Assembly (NCBI RefSeq): GCF_009914755.1
Contig: NC_060944.1
From: the human T2T-CHM13v2.0 reference genome, Homo sapiens
Strand: one strand, 5' to 3'
Length of the DNA: 64,000 bases
Shown: piece by piece, positions 60,086 to 64,000 of the stretch
Numbering within the stretch: the first letter of the stretch is position 1
Layout of the letters: every line of letters begins with the position of its first letter
The notes under the pieces: model-generated
What the model saw: only the letters and a program-made list of their open reading frames with translations
What the model was told of the DNA's origin: nothing
The model's database searches: none
Made by a program: the position numbers and the translations under genes

Positions 60086-60929
60086 AGTTCTGCTCCCCCA
60101 CACACCTGAGTAATTGCCTTGTCCGTATAATTATTTGTTTTTCTGCCTGCCCAATTAGGGGAGGGCTGTGCCTTAACCCTTCTGGCTCTGATGCCCCATG
60201 CCTGGCCCAGGGCCTGGCACAAAGCAGGTGCTCATTTTGTGGGAGTTGTTTTGGACACCTTGGAGTAAATCAGTGCCAGTGCTAGCTCCTCTAATTTCAC
60301 CACTTCTATTAACCCTCCAGGAATTGGCAGGTTGGTGATCACAAAAGAAACATTCCCCAGCCGATCAATAAATAATAATGTTGGAGAATTTAAAATAAGA
60401 ATCTGGATTATTAAAGTTACAAATCTTTGGTCTTTATACCTTTAATAAAACATGCGTCTATTAATAATGAATACTGGTTCTGGCCTGCTTAGGCTGAAAG
60501 GGAGAAAAAATGACCAGTGAAAAGATGCTAATATTTTTTCTCCTTACTTGTTTTGGCTGCCAAGATGCTGCATCCCTGACAAATGGCTCATCATTTAAAA
60601 AGGTTTAAAAAGTTTAACTGCACGAAAGGGAAATTGAAGATGGGTTGTTCAGCCTTGTGGGCCCTCAGTGAGGAGAGATTGTTTCTTCTTGAGACATTCT
60701 CTCTCTGGTTTTGGTGGGCCCACCTTCTGCTGGTCCTTCTCCTTGACCTCTGGTTGTCTTTCTCAGGCTCCTCATTTTTTGGTCAAACTCTATCCTGGGT
60801 TCCCTCCCCTTCCCTCCCTTTCTCTCCCTTCCCCTCCCCTTCCCTTTCCACTTAACTCCCTTACCCTGAGTGACCTCATCCACTTCTGTGACCACCAGTC
60901 ATCATCTTTTGCACGAAGGAAGTCACTCA

Positions 60930-62025
<1,096 letters not shown>

Positions 62026-62189
62026 TTTAACCTCACTTTGGGCCACTTGATGGTGAAGGTAAAAAGGAAAGCCAGTAGATTCCATAACTCTCATTATTGT
62101 CCAGAAGGAAATCTACCAGTTGTTCAAGACACCCCAACTTGTCCTGGGAGCTTGTCATTTGAGTTCTTCAAAGGAGGCATTGAATAATA

Positions 62190-62438
62190 CAGCTGACTCT
62201 TGAACAACACAGGTTTGAACTGCATGGGCCCTCTTATATGTGGATTTTTTTTCTACCAAATGCAGATTGAAAATACAATATTCACAGGATGCCAAGTATG
62301 CATATATGCAGGGCTGACTTTTCCTATGCGGGTTCCTCAGGGTTGACTTCAGGACATGAGTTTGTGTGGATTTTGGTGTGCGCAAGGGAGGGAAAGTATC
62401 CTGGAACCAATTTCCCACATCTACTGAGGGATGACTGC
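62190..62438 (+). mobile_element. Tigger4a/MER46-like TcMar element
   Basis: ta|cagctgactcttgaacaacacaggtttgaactgcatggg ... ctgaggggatgactg. Confidence 0.85.
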
Positions 62439-62682
62439 ATAATGAATATTGTCAGCAAGAGTTTTATAGCAGAGCCATAGGTCAACGTTATACTCCCAGG
62501 ATATAAGCGGTGCTGTGGGAAGCATGGAGTGGGAGAGATTGTCATGTTGAGTATTTATCACTCCACTGATGCATGGAGTGTTCCATCCAGTTTGAGACTG
62601 GGCTCTGCCTCCTGGAGAAGTGACAGCAGCCAGGTGCCACTCTCATGGAGACCAAGAGTTAGTGGCCTATGTGGAGGGCCAC

Positions 62683-62795
62683 AAGGCCGCCCTGTTACAC
62701 AACTCCAGGCAACACATCTACATCATGGTCTATGTGAAATGAGCTTCCTGGTGTTGTGCAGTGCACAAACTGCGCTGCTGTACGAAACAGGCCTG
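62683..62795 (-). mobile_element. MER91C-like fragment
   Basis: Reverse strand cgtacagcagcgcagtttgtgcactgcacaac. Confidence 0.55.
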
Positions 62796-63179
62796 ATGTG
62801 ACAAGAGGCAGCTAAGGGTATCCCCAGAACTCCCAGAGGGATACTGGGACACTGTTGTCTGAAGAAGGGAAAGTAAGTGATGGAAGGCAAAACAAAAGAT
62901 GCTCACATCCTAACACGAAGGACAAATTCCAGATGGAAATAAGGCACATGCTCTCTTTATTCTTTAATCCCCCAAACTTCAAAAGGAATTTTATTGTTTT
63001 CTTCCTGCCATCAAATCTGTGACTTGTTTTAGGGGAAGGACAAGGTACGTGTGTGTGTGCGCGTGCATGTGTGATGGGGTGCGGGGTTATATAGCCTCTA
63101 CCCTTCTCTCCTTTCTCTCCAAAATTCCTAACTGGGAGGATTTTTCTAGTCATTGGAGGAAAGGTGTTTGGGAATATAT

Positions 63180-63550
63180 TAATTAGAGCAAGCCTAAGCC
63201 GCTGTAATAAAGAGGTCACAAAATACAGTGGCTTGAAGAAAAGAGAAGTTTATCCCTCTCATGTAACAGCCTCAAGGTTAAGTAGTGCAGGGTGGGGAGA
63301 TGGCTCTGTTCCACATGATCACTCAGGTATCAAAGATCCTTTCATCTTGTTTCTCTGTATCCTTCATGGTGTTATCTTCATCCCCATTGTCAGAACTTGG
63401 TCACCGCACATCTATGTTCAGGGAAGGAGAAAGAATGTTAGGAAAAAGGTGCCCCATCCCTTCTGTTCATATGCCATTGGTGACAACTTAACCATGTGGC
63501 CACACTGGCCACAAAGAAGCCTGGGATGTGTTGTTGCTAGCTGGGGAATC
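63180..63550 (-). mobile_element. MLT1J-like LTR
   Basis: gctgtaataaagagg..aaatacagtggcttgaag..agaagtttat..acttaaccatgtggccacac. Confidence 0.65.
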
Positions 63551-63663
63551 AGCATTTGTTCAGTTTAAGCTCTATTACTGTGGAAAAAACTTAGAATGGG
63601 TTAAAGTAAGTAACTGGCAAAAACTGGTTCTTTTTGCTCTCATCTCTTTTCTAAGCATTTTTA

Positions 63664-64000
<337 letters not shown>

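Overview
Human-type (primate) intergenic DNA, GC-rich and very repeat-dense: roughly 55-60 Alu elements or fragments plus L1, L2, MIR, MaLR/ERVL/ERV1 LTRs and hAT/TcMar DNA transposons. No intact protein-coding gene is supported; almost all listed ORFs are Alu-, L1-, L2- or simple-repeat-derived. The one gene-derived feature is a full-length processed pseudogene of TPM3 (short cytoskeletal isoform, exons 1b/6a/9d) on the minus strand at ~48731-51790, interrupted by three Alus. From memory it is probably TPM3P2 on 20q11.22 between CHMP4B and RALY (not verified). Best hidden signals: (1) an ~1.35-kb inversion inside an old L1, revealed by an Alu target-site duplication whose copies now lie on opposite strands, next to a ~325-bp polypyrimidine tract; (2) a near-perfect human-specific AluYb9; (3) a MADE1 palindrome with perfectly paired non-consensus arms (miR-548-like hairpin); (4) a repeat-free PBX-HOX/MEIS/AP-1 motif cluster; (5) a possible orphan 3'UTR retrocopy; (6) an LTR carrying a copy of its own flank. 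Repeat family calls come from recalled consensus sequences, and boundaries are approximate unless TSDs are quoted.
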